From: a virus
Taxonomy: Duplodnaviria > Caudoviricetes
IMG/VR virus record: IMGVR_UViG_3300025601_000022
Location: 1-55,576 of that record
Strand: one strand, 5' to 3'
Length of the DNA stretch: 55,576 nucleotides
The notes under the pieces were generated by a model. It was not told the DNA's origin, searched no databases, and saw only the letters and a program-made list of their open reading frames with translations. A program made the position numbers and the translations under genes. Numbering within the stretch: position 1 is the stretch's first letter; each line of letters opens with the position of its first letter. Shown in pieces: positions 1 through 9,178 of this stretch.

Positions 1-1
1 G

Positions 2-124
2 TGCCCAGAGAATAATAAAGCGCAGGCGTTCGGATTAATCACAACCGAAGGATCGGCATGTAGTAGGTGCCGCCTATGTGTGTTCGGCAAGGCTGACATA
101 GTATTCAGCGCGACTAAAAAATAG
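2..124 (+). CDS. 3' end of a Cys-rich protein (GP88-like C-terminus), truncated by the window start
   Basis: Frame 2 reads CPENNKAQAFGLITTEGSACSRCRLCVFGKADIVFSATKK*. The CP...CxxCxLC...IxF ending resembles actinophage GP88-family proteins. Confidence 0.55.
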   Translation, partial: CPENNKAQAFGLITTEGSACSRCRLCVFGKADIVFSATKK

Positions 125-164
125 TTTAGGCAGAGGGACTGCCACCAAATGACGGGAGTACGAA

Positions 165-407
165 ATGAAAGTAAAAGATTTAATTCAGCAACTTAACGAC
201 CACTACAAACCGGAGGACGATATCTTCTTGATTTCTTGGGACAAGACCTTCGGAGCCGGTATGACAGAAGACGGCGTGCTAAGCGATGAGCAATGGGAAA
301 CCGCTGTTGCACTTATGGAGTTTAGAGAGCACAGAGATATGGAAAACGTAAACGGAGAGATGACAGAACTAATCCGTGAGAGAGTAAACGAAGCACTAGA
401 GGACTGA
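165..407 (+). CDS. hypothetical protein (80 aa)
   Basis: ORF with RBS GACGGGAG upstream and an MKVKDLIQQL start typical of small phage proteins. Confidence 0.75.
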   Translation: MKVKDLIQQLNDHYKPEDDIFLISWDKTFGAGMTEDGVLSDEQWETAVALMEFREHRDMENVNGEMTELIRERVNEALED

Positions 408-436
408 GATGTTTCTTAGTAGCACGAGTTAGAAGG

Positions 437-465
437 TTGACAACCGCCAGAAAAAATGTAATAAT
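437..465 (+). promoter_or_regulatory. sigma-70/SigA promoter
   Basis: TTGACA-17-AATAAT with an extended TG, preceded by the motif at 415. Confidence 0.7.
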
Positions 466-470
466 AGAAC

Positions 471-521
471 TTGTACGGCGAGGGTATGCGACCCCTAACG
501 ACTCGCTCCTTCGCCGTACAA
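471..521 (+). ncRNA. 5' leader hairpin with CCCCU loop
   Basis: 14-bp stem TTGTACGGCGAGGG/CCTTCGCCGTACAA plus GCGA/TCGC, loop CCCCTAACGAC, starting at the predicted TSS. Confidence 0.5.
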
Positions 522-555
522 CCAAATGACATTACACTAAGACGGGAGCAAGACA

Positions 556-1050
556 ATGGGTTTAGATCAGTACTTGAGAGTAAGTAAGAACTTCGGCTCG
601 TATATCAACGACACCGAATCCGCTTCATACGACGCAATTATGGCGGCGGCAGGGCTGGATAAGATCGGTAATTCGAACAGCAAATATGTCACAGTAGAAG
701 TAACCGCACTCTACTGGCGCAAGGCAAACGCGATCCACGGCTGGTTTGTCAACGAACTGGCAGGCGGCGAGGACGAGTGCCAAGTAATTCCGGTAACCCG
801 TGAAAATATAACTACGTTGCGCGATCTTTGCGTAGACGCTATGAGTGTTCCAGCAGGTATGTCTCTTGATACTCATGCGCGTACGGTGCTTCCCCCATCC
901 GATGGGTTCTTCTTCGGTGGGTCAGAAATTGACGATTACTATATTCAAGATCTGAAGGACACAATCGAAGGTATAGACCGTATCCTCGAAGAACTTCCAG
1001 AAACCGGCGAGGGCTGGGACTGGAGTTTGACATATCAAGCATCGTGGTGA
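556..1050 (+). CDS. conserved phage protein (MGLDxY...YWRKANAIHGWF family)
   Basis: Recognisable widespread phage motif. RBS GACGGGAG. Confidence 0.85.
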   Translation: MGLDQYLRVSKNFGSYINDTESASYDAIMAAAGLDKIGNSNSKYVTVEVTALYWRKANAIHGWFVNELAGGEDECQVIPVTRENITTLRDLCVDAMSVPAGMSLDTHARTVLPPSDGFFFGGSEIDDYYIQDLKDTIEGIDRILEELPETGEGWDWSLTYQASW

Positions 1051-1056
1051 CACGGC

Positions 1057-1085
1057 TTGACAACGGGCAACCGATTCGGTAGCCT
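1057..1085 (+). promoter_or_regulatory. sigma-70/SigA promoter driving the 6C-like RNA
   Basis: TTGACA-17-TAGCCT. Confidence 0.7.
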
Positions 1086-1090
1086 CTAAT

Positions 1091-1170
1091 CTTGTTGGTA
1101 GAGAACCCCCCTTCTCCCAACAACGAGTCCCGTCAGAGTTCTCCCCCGTCCTCTGGCGGGACTCACCTTT
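1091..1170 (+). ncRNA. 6C-like small RNA (two hairpins with C-rich loops)
   Basis: Stem 1 TTGTTGG..GAGAA/TTCTC-CCAACAA with loop CCCCCC. Stem 2 is 14 bp, GAGTCCCGTCAGAG/CTCTGGCGGGACTC, with loop TTCTCCCCCGTC, then CCTTT. It has its own promoter. Confidence 0.65.
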
Positions 1171-1229
1171 CTTAGTAGCACGAAAAAACAAACGACAAAA
1201 CGACAAAAACTAGAAACCAGGAGTAGACA

Positions 1230-1373
1230 ATGCCAATCTTTATCGAAGTTGAAGACACGGACGGCACGATCTTCGAGTGGGTAACAGACAGCGAAACTTT
1301 AGACAAATTGCGCGGCCATCTTGGAAAACCGCAAAATGTCTACTCTTTAGTAGCAAGTGATCTCGCGGCTTGA
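1230..1373 (+). CDS. small hypothetical protein (47 aa)
   Basis: AGGAG RBS then MPIFIEVEDTDGTIFEW...; below the ORF-track cutoff. Confidence 0.6.
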   Translation: MPIFIEVEDTDGTIFEWVTDSETLDKLRGHLGKPQNVYSLVASDLAA

Positions 1374-1398
1374 CCGCGTGAAAGTAAACCTCTATAAT
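1370..1398 (+). promoter_or_regulatory. sigma-70/SigA promoter
   Basis: TTGACC-17-TATAAT. Confidence 0.8.
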
Positions 1399-1429
1399 AG
1401 GTAAACACCTACAAGAGATGGAGAACAAA

Positions 1430-2092
1430 ATGCCAAACTGGGTTCATAACAGCCTAAACATTACCGGAGACAAAGAGCAGATCACGCGCCTAGTCGCGCA
1501 GGTATCTGCCCCCTACACCACAAAAGGTTCTGAGTGGGCAGACGGCAAGATGATTGCGGTAGATGCCGTAGTCACAGATCAAGATTTCTCATTCTGGAAT
1601 ATCTCACGGCCTGAAGGCGAGGACTTGGGTAAGTACAACGAGTCTATGGAAGGTCGCGCAGGCGCACATCCGTTCTGGTACGGCTGGAACAACACCCACT
1701 GGAATACTAAGTGGGAAGCCTGTGATGCTACAAGTGAAGTAACTCACGGAGAGAAGGAGAGTCAGGCTTCCTACCACTTCCAAACGGCGTGGAGTCCACC
1801 AACTATCGTACTTGCTAAGTTGGCAGAGCAATACCCAACGCTAAACATGACACTCTTCTGGGAAGAAGAGCAGGGTTTCGGTGAGGACTTAGAGATTACG
1901 GGCGGGGAGATTGTCGTCAATGATTCGTGGGATATCCCAGAGACACATGAGGACACAATGAAACGGCGCGACTACTGCTATTGCGAAGATGCAGAAGATC
2001 AAGATGATATTCCGTTTGATGATTGCCCGACTAAGTTTGATCCGAATATGATAATTGACAAAAACGAAATAGAAATGGAGGCACTAATATGA
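1430..2092 (+). CDS. DUF1281/YubB-like ferredoxin-fold protein
   Basis: MPNW..N start, WYGW...WNTKW, FxTAWSPP and YPxL motifs. Start moved to MPNW after GGAG. Confidence 0.8.
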   Translation: MPNWVHNSLNITGDKEQITRLVAQVSAPYTTKGSEWADGKMIAVDAVVTDQDFSFWNISRPEGEDLGKYNESMEGRAGAHPFWYGWNNTHWNTKWEACDATSEVTHGEKESQASYHFQTAWSPPTIVLAKLAEQYPTLNMTLFWEEEQGFGEDLEITGGEIVVNDSWDIPETHEDTMKRRDYCYCEDAEDQDDIPFDDCPTKFDPNMIIDKNEIEMEALI

Positions 2093-2322
2093 GTAACGTG
2101 ACATCACTTACTTACTTCGCAACTGACGGGAACTACGGGAATGCAGGAGGTCTCACCGTTGTAGATACGTCTGCATGGACAGACCTTGACTTCGAGTTGC
2201 TAGATGGCGTGACAGATGAGTTGCGCCCTACTGCCGGTCGAACGATCTCCGATTGGATTGAGGGTGGTCGAACAGATGACTACAATACTTACTTCCAGAA
2301 ATTGGGAATAGATATTCCTTAG
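2089..2322 (+). CDS. hypothetical protein (YFAxDGNYG motif)
   Basis: Overlapping start/stop with the previous gene; GGAGG RBS. Confidence 0.75.
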   Translation: MSNVTSLTYFATDGNYGNAGGLTVVDTSAWTDLDFELLDGVTDELRPTAGRTISDWIEGGRTDDYNTYFQKLGIDIP

Positions 2323-2426
2323 TAGCACGATTTATATGATCGTCCCTGCCGTGAGGTGGGGACTTTCGTATTTAGTAGCAAAGTTGCGTATCTACTTAGT
2401 AGCAACACGCAAACTTCGATATAGAT

Positions 2427-2455
2427 TTGACAAGTACTCGAATAACCTGTAAGTT
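2427..2455 (+). promoter_or_regulatory. sigma-70/SigA promoter
   Basis: TTGACA-17-TAAGTT downstream of a terminator hairpin (2342-2366) and two motif copies. Confidence 0.65.
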
Positions 2456-2500
2456 TGCTCTTGTAAGGAAAACACCTACTAAACGACAGAAGGAAATAAA

Positions 2501-2992
2501 ATGGACGTTACTAAGTCAGTTCAGGGGATCGCCGTTTATGGCGAGTTTGTACGCCCCGGCACCACCACGCAGGTTATTGTTACTCCTGACGGACGCAACA
2601 CAGCAGGCGACAAGGTTCAGATGCACATTGTGCGCCGAACAATCAGCCTATCTACACCACGCAAGCAATGGCGTTTCAGCACACTATCTACCACTGACCC
2701 AATTACAACCTACGCAGGGTCAAACGTAGACGCTCTAAAAGAGATCTACTGCGACAATCGCATGAGGTACGCCTCGTCATTGTTCGAGCAACTGGCACGC
2801 GGAGATTGGTTCTTAGTAGCAGATCCAATTCTGGTTGAGGTCTCCAAAATGGATATGGATCATATCTCCATAAACAAGACACCTACCAAATTGCTTTATC
2901 GCATCACGCAATCCCGTCTAATGATTCCGGGATATCCAACTGACGTTGTAAATGAAGAAATAACCACAACACCTACACTTGCCACTATTTAG
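2501..2992 (+). CDS. hypothetical protein (163 aa)
   Basis: ORF with AAGGA RBS; first gene of the AAA/VWA operon. Confidence 0.8.
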   Translation: MDVTKSVQGIAVYGEFVRPGTTTQVIVTPDGRNTAGDKVQMHIVRRTISLSTPRKQWRFSTLSTTDPITTYAGSNVDALKEIYCDNRMRYASSLFEQLARGDWFLVADPILVEVSKMDMDHISINKTPTKLLYRITQSRLMIPGYPTDVVNEEITTTPTLATI

Positions 2993-3017
2993 TAGCAACG
3001 AGCCGAAGGATAAAAAA

Positions 3018-4058
3018 ATGTTATCAGAAAAGTTTGCAAATATCGGATCAGTCTCAGAGCCAACAAAGTTCTGGAGCATGGTTGTCGAAGTCGCTGCACA
3101 AATGGACGTACCAGAGTCTGCTATGAAATTGTCATCAGAGGTATTGCCACAGGGTCGGTACGTCGAACGTGCTGCAAATGGGACACGCAAGCCAAAGACT
3201 CCAAAGGCACTTCCCACCGTTGAGTCATTAGATGCAGATACCGAATATCTGCGACCTAATGGAATGATCTATCACACCCGCGAATGGGGAGAGCATGGAG
3301 ATGTCGCTGCCCTACGCAAGGCGCGTGAAGTTACGGCGCAAGCCTTCACAGAAAGTTCCGGCTCTCCAATGTTCTCGCTGCTCTACGGCGCACCCGGCTG
3401 CGGAAAGACTGCACTAGTTGAGGCTGCTTTCGGTGATAATATCTACACGATCTTGGGGACTGGCGATACCGAAGTGGCAGACATGATCGGTGGATATATT
3501 CAGACACCTAGTGGTGGCTTCGAGTGGTTGGACGGCGATCTCTTAAAGGCTGCCGAAACTGGTGGAGTCTACTTCATAGATGAGGTCGGACTCATTGATC
3601 CGAAGGTTCTCTCCATTGTGTACGGACTCATGGACGGACGGCGCGAGATCACTGTCACCGCAAACCCAGAGCGAGGCACAGTCAAGGCTCACCCAGAGTT
3701 CTATGTAATCGCTGCTACTAACCCAAACGCACCCGGCGTTCGGTTGTCAGAGGCTTTGCTGTCGCGGTTCACTATTCAGGCAGAGATGACAACAGATTGG
3801 AGTCTGTCACGCAAACTAGGCGTAAGCACCACTATGGTGACGGCTGCACAGAATCTAGCCAAGAAGCAAGCGAGCCACGAAGTTTCATGGTCTCCACAAA
3901 TGCGCGAACTACTGGCCTTCCGCGATATATCCGTATCGTTCGGAGTCCCGTTCGCCATATCAAACCTACTCGCTGCTGCACCCGAAATTGACCGCCCAGT
4001 CGTCGCTGACGTACTGACGCGAGCGTTCGGTAGTGAGTGCAAGCCTGCCAAGATCTAA
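3018..4058 (+). CDS. MoxR/CbbQ/CobS-type AAA+ ATPase
   Basis: Walker A GAPGCGKT, Walker B YFIDE, AATNP sensor, ALLSRF arginine finger. Start placed after AAGGA. Confidence 0.92.
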   Translation: MLSEKFANIGSVSEPTKFWSMVVEVAAQMDVPESAMKLSSEVLPQGRYVERAANGTRKPKTPKALPTVESLDADTEYLRPNGMIYHTREWGEHGDVAALRKAREVTAQAFTESSGSPMFSLLYGAPGCGKTALVEAAFGDNIYTILGTGDTEVADMIGGYIQTPSGGFEWLDGDLLKAAETGGVYFIDEVGLIDPKVLSIVYGLMDGRREITVTANPERGTVKAHPEFYVIAATNPNAPGVRLSEALLSRFTIQAEMTTDWSLSRKLGVSTTMVTAAQNLAKKQASHEVSWSPQMRELLAFRDISVSFGVPFAISNLLAAAPEIDRPVVADVLTRAFGSECKPAKI

Positions 4059-4177
4059 TCCTTCGATCTGGCAGATCGGGGGAGTCGGTGTAGGTGCTGA
4101 CTCCCCCACCCTTCCATTCTTAGTAGCATGGTGATACGCTTTCCATAAGTAATCGGACACTAAACAAAGGACACAAA

Positions 4178-5989
4178 ATGGGACACTACAAAATTGACGG
4201 AACACGCGCAGAGATGACAGACCCTAAGTGGTTGAGAGTTGGCAGTCAGGTTGGCGCACTCGCAAATGAGTGGTCAGATCGGTCAGACATTATTGCCTAC
4301 GTTGGATCTGGTGCTGGTGGAGAAGCCCCTGCATGTTTCATACCTGCAAGCGCAGAGGTTGAGGTGAACGTAGACGTTGCTTTCGGTTATGGCGTAGAGC
4401 CTGCCGACATTGACTTGACTACGCGGTCAGGACGCTACGAGTTTCCACGCGCTGTCGGTGCGATCTTGCACGAAGCCTTTCATGCAAAGTTCTCAAAGTG
4501 GGATCTACTAGAGGCACGAAAAGATCTAAAGAAAGATGAGTTTGAGGCTTTGATGCTGCTAGAGGAAAGTCGGATCGAAGCACACGGTATTCGGTCGAAT
4601 CCAAAAGCAAAGCCTTTCCTTGAGACTTGCGCTATGGAAATTGTTATCGCAGACGCTGGCGAACAGTTTGCAGAGATGAGTAGCACAGAGAAGGCTGCCC
4701 TACTGGTCGCATTAGTTTGGGCGCGTGTTGATCTTGGGATTCTAAAGTTTCGAGATGTCGCAAAAGTTACGGACTTGATTGACGAATACTTAGGGCTAGA
4801 TGTGATTGCAGAGTTGCGCGATCTTGCTACTAAGGCACAGAGGCATGGCTATCATTATGACGCTACCGATATGTACCCGATTGCGATTGAGTGGGCAAAG
4901 ATTGTGCGCGAGGTAGCAGAGGAAAAAGGCGAAGGTTCCCCGGACTCTGGCGAAGGCAAAGGCGAAGGCGAAGGCGAAGGCGAAGGCGAAGGCGAAGGCA
5001 ACGAGTTTATGGAAGATCTTATGGACGCATTAAACGAGGCTGCCGACAACGTATCCGTTAGTAACAGTGACTCACTTGGCGACGCGGAGACAATGGAAAA
5101 GTATGAAGAAGTTGTCAAAGAAAAGTCAGACAAATCCAAAGAGAGAAAAGATGCCAAAGAAATGGCGAGCAAAATCTTTGGATCTGGTACGGCAGAAGTT
5201 GTTGGAGCCGGAACATTCTCTACGTTGAAAGAGACCCGAAATCCACGGTCAGATGAACGGATCGCTGCAACAATTATTGCTACTAAGTTGGAGAAGGCAA
5301 AGTACCGCGACCGTGATGTGACCAAGGTGTCAAGCATTACTCCACCCGGACGGCTTCGCGCACGAACAGCGGTTCAAGGTGCTGCCATGAAATCGCGCGG
5401 AGTGATGACACAACCAGAGGCATGGCGCAAGAAGGTTCGCAAACAAACGGACGAACCCACATTGACTATCGGAGTCATGGTGGATATCTCCGGCTCAATG
5501 GGCGACGCTATGGAGCCAATGGCAACTACGGCATATGTCTTGAGCGAGGCTGCCGTCCGTGTTCAGGGCAAGGCTGCAATGGTCTACTACGGCAACACGG
5601 TATTCCCCACACTTCGACCCGGCGAGCGCATGGATCAGGTCAAGGTCTATACCGCTTCCGACGCAACCGAAAAGTTTAATGACGCTTTCCTTGCTCTTGA
5701 CGGTTCGATCAACCTGCTAAACGGCGAGGGTGCAAGACTGCTGGTAGTTGTTAGTGACGGTCACTATGTCAGGGACGAGGCGGTCGCTGCCCAACGCTGG
5801 GTCAAGCGGTGCGCTGAACAGGGCGTGGCGGTTGTATGGCTACCGTTTGACGAAGGTTCAACGGCTAGGGCATTGGCTGGTGACAACGCGGTCGTACTAT
5901 CCGGCAGGTTTAGCCCAACGGCTGCTGCCGACAAGATCGGTGCTGCATGTGAAAAAGCGATCTCAAGCGCAACGGCGCGCAAGATGTAG
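4178..5989 (+). CDS. CobT-like protein: N-terminal HEXXH zincin domain plus C-terminal VWA domain
   Basis: HEAFH and downstream EExRIE; MIDAS DISGSM and VVSDG; GE-repeat linker (GGCGAA tandem at 4949-4999); adjacent to the MoxR ATPase. Confidence 0.9.
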   Translation: MGHYKIDGTRAEMTDPKWLRVGSQVGALANEWSDRSDIIAYVGSGAGGEAPACFIPASAEVEVNVDVAFGYGVEPADIDLTTRSGRYEFPRAVGAILHEAFHAKFSKWDLLEARKDLKKDEFEALMLLEESRIEAHGIRSNPKAKPFLETCAMEIVIADAGEQFAEMSSTEKAALLVALVWARVDLGILKFRDVAKVTDLIDEYLGLDVIAELRDLATKAQRHGYHYDATDMYPIAIEWAKIVREVAEEKGEGSPDSGEGKGEGEGEGEGEGEGNEFMEDLMDALNEAADNVSVSNSDSLGDAETMEKYEEVVKEKSDKSKERKDAKEMASKIFGSGTAEVVGAGTFSTLKETRNPRSDERIAATIIATKLEKAKYRDRDVTKVSSITPPGRLRARTAVQGAAMKSRGVMTQPEAWRKKVRKQTDEPTLTIGVMVDISGSMGDAMEPMATTAYVLSEAAVRVQGKAAMVYYGNTVFPTLRPGERMDQVKVYTASDATEKFNDAFLALDGSINLLNGEGARLLVVVSDGHYVRDEAVAAQRWVKRCAEQGVAVVWLPFDEGSTARALAGDNAVVLSGRFSPTAAADKIGAACEKAISSATARKM

Positions 5990-6124
5990 CGCGTGCTACT
6001 AAGAAGGTTGTCCCCTTCGTGTCCGGCACGCGCACAAAGTCACCCCCCATGTTTAGGCGTGGGGGGTTTGACTTGTCTGACGTTAGTAGCACGACACGGC
6101 GCGCGATCAAGTTTCGATAACGGC

Positions 6125-6153
6125 TTGCATGTTGGACTCTACTTTGCTAAACT
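6125..6153 (+). promoter_or_regulatory. sigma-70/SigA promoter
   Basis: TTGCAT-17-TAAACT with an extended TG. Confidence 0.7.
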
Positions 6154-6196
6154 GAACACATCACGGACAGCCCGTGGTGATGAGCAAGGAGTCCAC

Positions 6197-6589
6197 ATGG
6201 CTATACGCAAAACGAACAAGGGAACCGTATCGGTATCCCATAAGGGCGCGCTGGTTGCAACCGGCGAGGTAGCCGAAGCAGTAGCAGTAATCAGCAACAT
6301 GCGTGCTACTAAGAAGCAATGCACGAACAAAGAAAAGACCGCCAAGGATCTAGTGGAGCAGGCTGCTGGGAACCGCGCTCGAATTATCCTCAATGAGGAC
6401 GGGGACGTAATTTGCGAGATCATCAAAGTTGTTGCCGAAACAACTAAACTTGATGACTTCATCATCGAACTAGAACGGCTGTACCCAAAAGAGTGGGCGG
6501 TACTCATGGACTCCGACCCCAGGGCGATCGAACTGACCAAGGTCGCTGCTACTAAAGAGGGAGTGAGTTACAGAGTTATGCCGAAGTAA
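6197..6589 (+). CDS. hypothetical protein (130 aa), paralog of 10149-10541
   Basis: AAGGAG RBS. MAIRKTNKGTVSVSHKGA aligns end to end with the second copy. Confidence 0.85.
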   Translation: MAIRKTNKGTVSVSHKGALVATGEVAEAVAVISNMRATKKQCTNKEKTAKDLVEQAAGNRARIILNEDGDVICEIIKVVAETTKLDDFIIELERLYPKEWAVLMDSDPRAIELTKVAATKEGVSYRVMPK

Positions 6590-6722
6590 TCGGAGCGTGA
6601 GGGGATCCCCAATCGGGATCCTCTCACAATCGGTTAGTAGCACGACACGGCGCGCAGGGGGCAGGCTTGCATTGTCGGTCAGAACTGATAAACTGGACAC
6701 ACCACCTACGAAAGGACACCAG

Positions 6723-6956
6723 ATGACAACAATCTTGAATCCACAAAGCAGTCGGATACGGTTATTCGTTTCCATGCAAGCACTGGACATGTATCTAAAG
6801 AGCAACGGGGCGATGGAACTCACTCGCAACGGATCACGAAACGCGGTTGCGATTATCGAGGAAGCAACCGGCAAGACATACAAGCGGTCAATGAAAGGCA
6901 AGCGCGAAGCACTAACGGACGTTAAGGACTTGCTGGGCGAGGGGATATCATCATGA
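6723..6956 (+). CDS. hypothetical protein (77 aa)
   Basis: AAAGGA RBS; promoter TTGCAT-16-TAAACT at 6667-6694; terminator hairpin at 6597-6627 upstream. Confidence 0.75.
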   Translation: MTTILNPQSSRIRLFVSMQALDMYLKSNGAMELTRNGSRNAVAIIEEATGKTYKRSMKGKREALTDVKDLLGEGISS

Positions 6957-7342
6957 GTCGCAGGTACGAAACAACAAAGACCGACCTAGACAACTATCGG
7001 TTAATCACGGACAAAGTGCGCGAGGATCTGCGCGAGGAGTTTGGTTTAGTTGCTACTAAGTATGACGGCGTAGAGGTGCTAACAATTAGAGGAGACCTAG
7101 GCGTATGCACAGAGTGCCTACGGAAAGACCGCGCAGAATCTGAAACAGACGTCTCCACAGTCGTCTACAACTTGATTGTGCCGGTGCAAGAGGATCACGG
7201 CGTGGACTGGACAGAAGGCGAGACAGTCTGTGATGAGTGCGGTGAGATTAGTTGGTGTTCAACAATGGACGAACTTGATGAGTCCAACCGTCAAGATGCA
7301 GGCGAGGCGCGCTACGAACAGATGAAAGATGAGGGGTGGTGA
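6953..7342 (+). CDS. hypothetical Zn-binding protein (two CxxC pairs)
   Basis: CTEC and CDEC motifs; coupled ATGA overlap; AGGGGA RBS. Confidence 0.75.
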   Translation: MSRRYETTKTDLDNYRLITDKVREDLREEFGLVATKYDGVEVLTIRGDLGVCTECLRKDRAESETDVSTVVYNLIVPVQEDHGVDWTEGETVCDECGEISWCSTMDELDESNRQDAGEARYEQMKDEGW

Positions 7343-7473
7343 ACACGGTGACTCTCACGGAGAAGGGAGAAAACGTGCTACTAAGAGTATGGGCAACCGT
7401 CAAGCTGACGGGCGCGATAGGTGGGATCCTTGCGATCATGTTGGTTGCAGGCGCGATAGAAGTGGGTGGTTGA
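7339..7473 (+). CDS. small membrane protein (44 aa)
   Basis: GTGA overlap; hydrophobic C-terminal stretch. Confidence 0.55.
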   Translation: MNTVTLTEKGENVLLRVWATVKLTGAIGGILAIMLVAGAIEVGG

Positions 7474-7474
7474 A

Positions 7475-7747
7475 ATGAACGGATATGCAGTTGCTACTAA
7501 GAGAGTGAACTTCGAGATCGAGAACGGATCCGAAGTCTGGGAGATCATGATGCAGGTCATGAGTGACGGAATGACGTTTGTATTCGCAGAAACAGAATAT
7601 GAATCGCCATTCGGAGTACAGCGCGACATTCACGACGGACTGGACTTCGATACCGCGCCGACAGTTGCAGACATTCTGATGCGGATAGACGCGGAGCGCG
7701 AGAATCTATGGGATCAAGAGCAAGAGAAATCCCAAGCACCTGATTAG
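7475..7747 (+). CDS. hypothetical protein
   Basis: ORF directly follows the previous stop; ends before a hairpin at 7758-7779. Confidence 0.7.
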   Translation: MNGYAVATKRVNFEIENGSEVWEIMMQVMSDGMTFVFAETEYESPFGVQRDIHDGLDFDTAPTVADILMRIDAERENLWDQEQEKSQAPD

Positions 7748-7843
7748 TAGCACGACAGGGGAAGGAGAAATCCTTCCCCGTTGCGCCGGTCGCTCAGAAA
7801 AAATGTTTTTTCTGGACAGACCTTTCTTTTTTTTTGCTTAGGC

Positions 7844-7872
7844 TTGCACTTAGTGTCGAGTTCGCGTATTCT
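7844..7872 (+). promoter_or_regulatory. sigma-70/SigA promoter with the motif over the TSS
   Basis: TTGCAC-17-TATTCT immediately followed by CTTAGTAGCAC. Confidence 0.75.
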
Positions 7873-7914
7873 CTTAGTAGCACAAACAATCACCTACAAC
7901 GAAGGAGAGACATC

Positions 7915-8220
7915 ATGGCACTAAGTTACGCGGGCATTAAGGGCAAGATCTCCGAGCGCGAAATCTTTACCGGCAACAGCATGACTGCCGAGTACGTCCA
8001 GAATGAATACGCCTCATTAGGGCGACTCCCAACCCATGACGCAAGCGTCCTACGCGCCGACATTCAACGCGCAAAAGACAATGCTGACAGCGTTTATGTA
8101 ATCTATTCGTATGCCACGCCGATTGCATGGGCATACGGTGACACGGTGCGCGTACCAGAGGTTAAGTACAGCGTTACCACGTCGAAGCAACAGAGTCTAG
8201 TGCGCGGATACCTAAGGTAG
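7915..8220 (+). CDS. conserved small phage protein (YSYxTPIA...YSVTTSK motif)
   Basis: Widespread phage motif; AAGGAG RBS. Confidence 0.8.
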   Translation: MALSYAGIKGKISEREIFTGNSMTAEYVQNEYASLGRLPTHDASVLRADIQRAKDNADSVYVIYSYATPIAWAYGDTVRVPEVKYSVTTSKQQSLVRGYLR

Positions 8221-8485
8221 ACTTGCATCATGGCTAATCGTGCTACTAAGAAGGACAGGGGGCGCACCTTGTACGGGGTAGGTGCGCCCGGAAACTTCGC
8301 GCTCAATACTCACGCGCCACGCTTTGCCGACAGGCGCACGAAACGAAACAGATCACGCGCCGAAATCGAGCGCAAAGCAGTTAATGAGTCTAAGTCTAGT
8401 TAGTAGCAGGCAGTCTTGCACTTGTCAGAGAGTACTGATACGCTGGATACATACCGCAAAGCGCGGTCAAGATAGGGGACATCAG

Positions 8486-8686
8486 ATGAGCATCACTCAA
8501 GCACAGAACACGGCGATTGTTTCCGCTGGTTTCACGGTAACTAATTTCAAGAGTCCTGCCATAATGTGCGCGACTCAGCCACTGGAAACATTTAGCGCAC
8601 CTGACTGGCACTCACTCGCTCTTTACGCGATAAAGTTTCAACTGTGCGAGTGCGAGAACCACCAACCAATTACATTGTGCTACTAA
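8486..8686 (+). CDS. hypothetical protein (66 aa)
   Basis: Promoter TTGCAC-17-TACGCT (8416-8444); RBS ATAGGGGACATC. Confidence 0.65.
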   Translation: MSITQAQNTAIVSAGFTVTNFKSPAIMCATQPLETFSAPDWHSLALYAIKFQLCECENHQPITLCY

Positions 8687-8700
8687 GAAAGAGGGACATC

Positions 8701-8946
8701 ATGAGCATAAAATTTTCTGAGACAGAATATGCAGTTTGCCTAGATTGCGTCATGTCTGCTGCTGGATACGACGCGCACGAATTAGGCTGTGAGCCAGAGC
8801 ATGAGCCACTGTCAAAGTTTGCAGGCGATACGACCACCACAATTATTCCGACAAACACGGATCTGGGTTTCTCGAATAAGGGCTGCCAAGGTTGCGAGGA
8901 CAAACTAGCAGGCAATCGCTACGCGATAACGCTGCTAGATATTTAA
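8701..8946 (+). CDS. small Zn-finger-like protein
   Basis: CLDC ... FSxxxCQGC...LAGxR; RBS GAGGGA. Confidence 0.7.
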   Translation: MSIKFSETEYAVCLDCVMSAAGYDAHELGCEPEHEPLSKFAGDTTTTIIPTNTDLGFSNKGCQGCEDKLAGNRYAITLLDI

Positions 8947-8974
8947 TCATGCTACTAAGAGAAGGGGAAACGAA

Positions 8975-9178
8975 ATGACTTGCCTACAAGACCACACGGA
9001 CAAATGTAAGGGAACAGTGGAATACCGCGAATCTCTGTCAGGTACGGGTGTAGAGATTGCAAGATGCGAGAATCACTGGGGCGAAGCACTAGAGCGCGAC
9101 GAGCAGATCAGACTACGTTATCCACGCAACGCGCCAAGTGACTTTGATCCTTCGTACGCTGGTGAGTCATGGGAGTGA
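8975..9178 (+). CDS. small Cys/His actinophage protein
   Basis: CxGxVEYR..LSGTG...RCxxH and a PSDFDPSYAGExW ending; AAGGGG RBS. Confidence 0.75.
   Translation: MTCLQDHTDKCKGTVEYRESLSGTGVEIARCENHWGEALERDEQIRLRYPRNAPSDFDPSYAGESWE

Noticed and set aside
20-111. Possible cloverleaf ncRNA at the window start
   Set aside because: Frame 2 is an open Cys-rich coding end (stop at 122-124), and the stems are short enough to be chance.
5989-6032. Another C-loop sRNA (TGTCCCCTT)
   Set aside because: The CCTTC part can pair with the adjacent GAAGG, and no dedicated promoter was seen. More likely a 3' UTR structure before a terminator.
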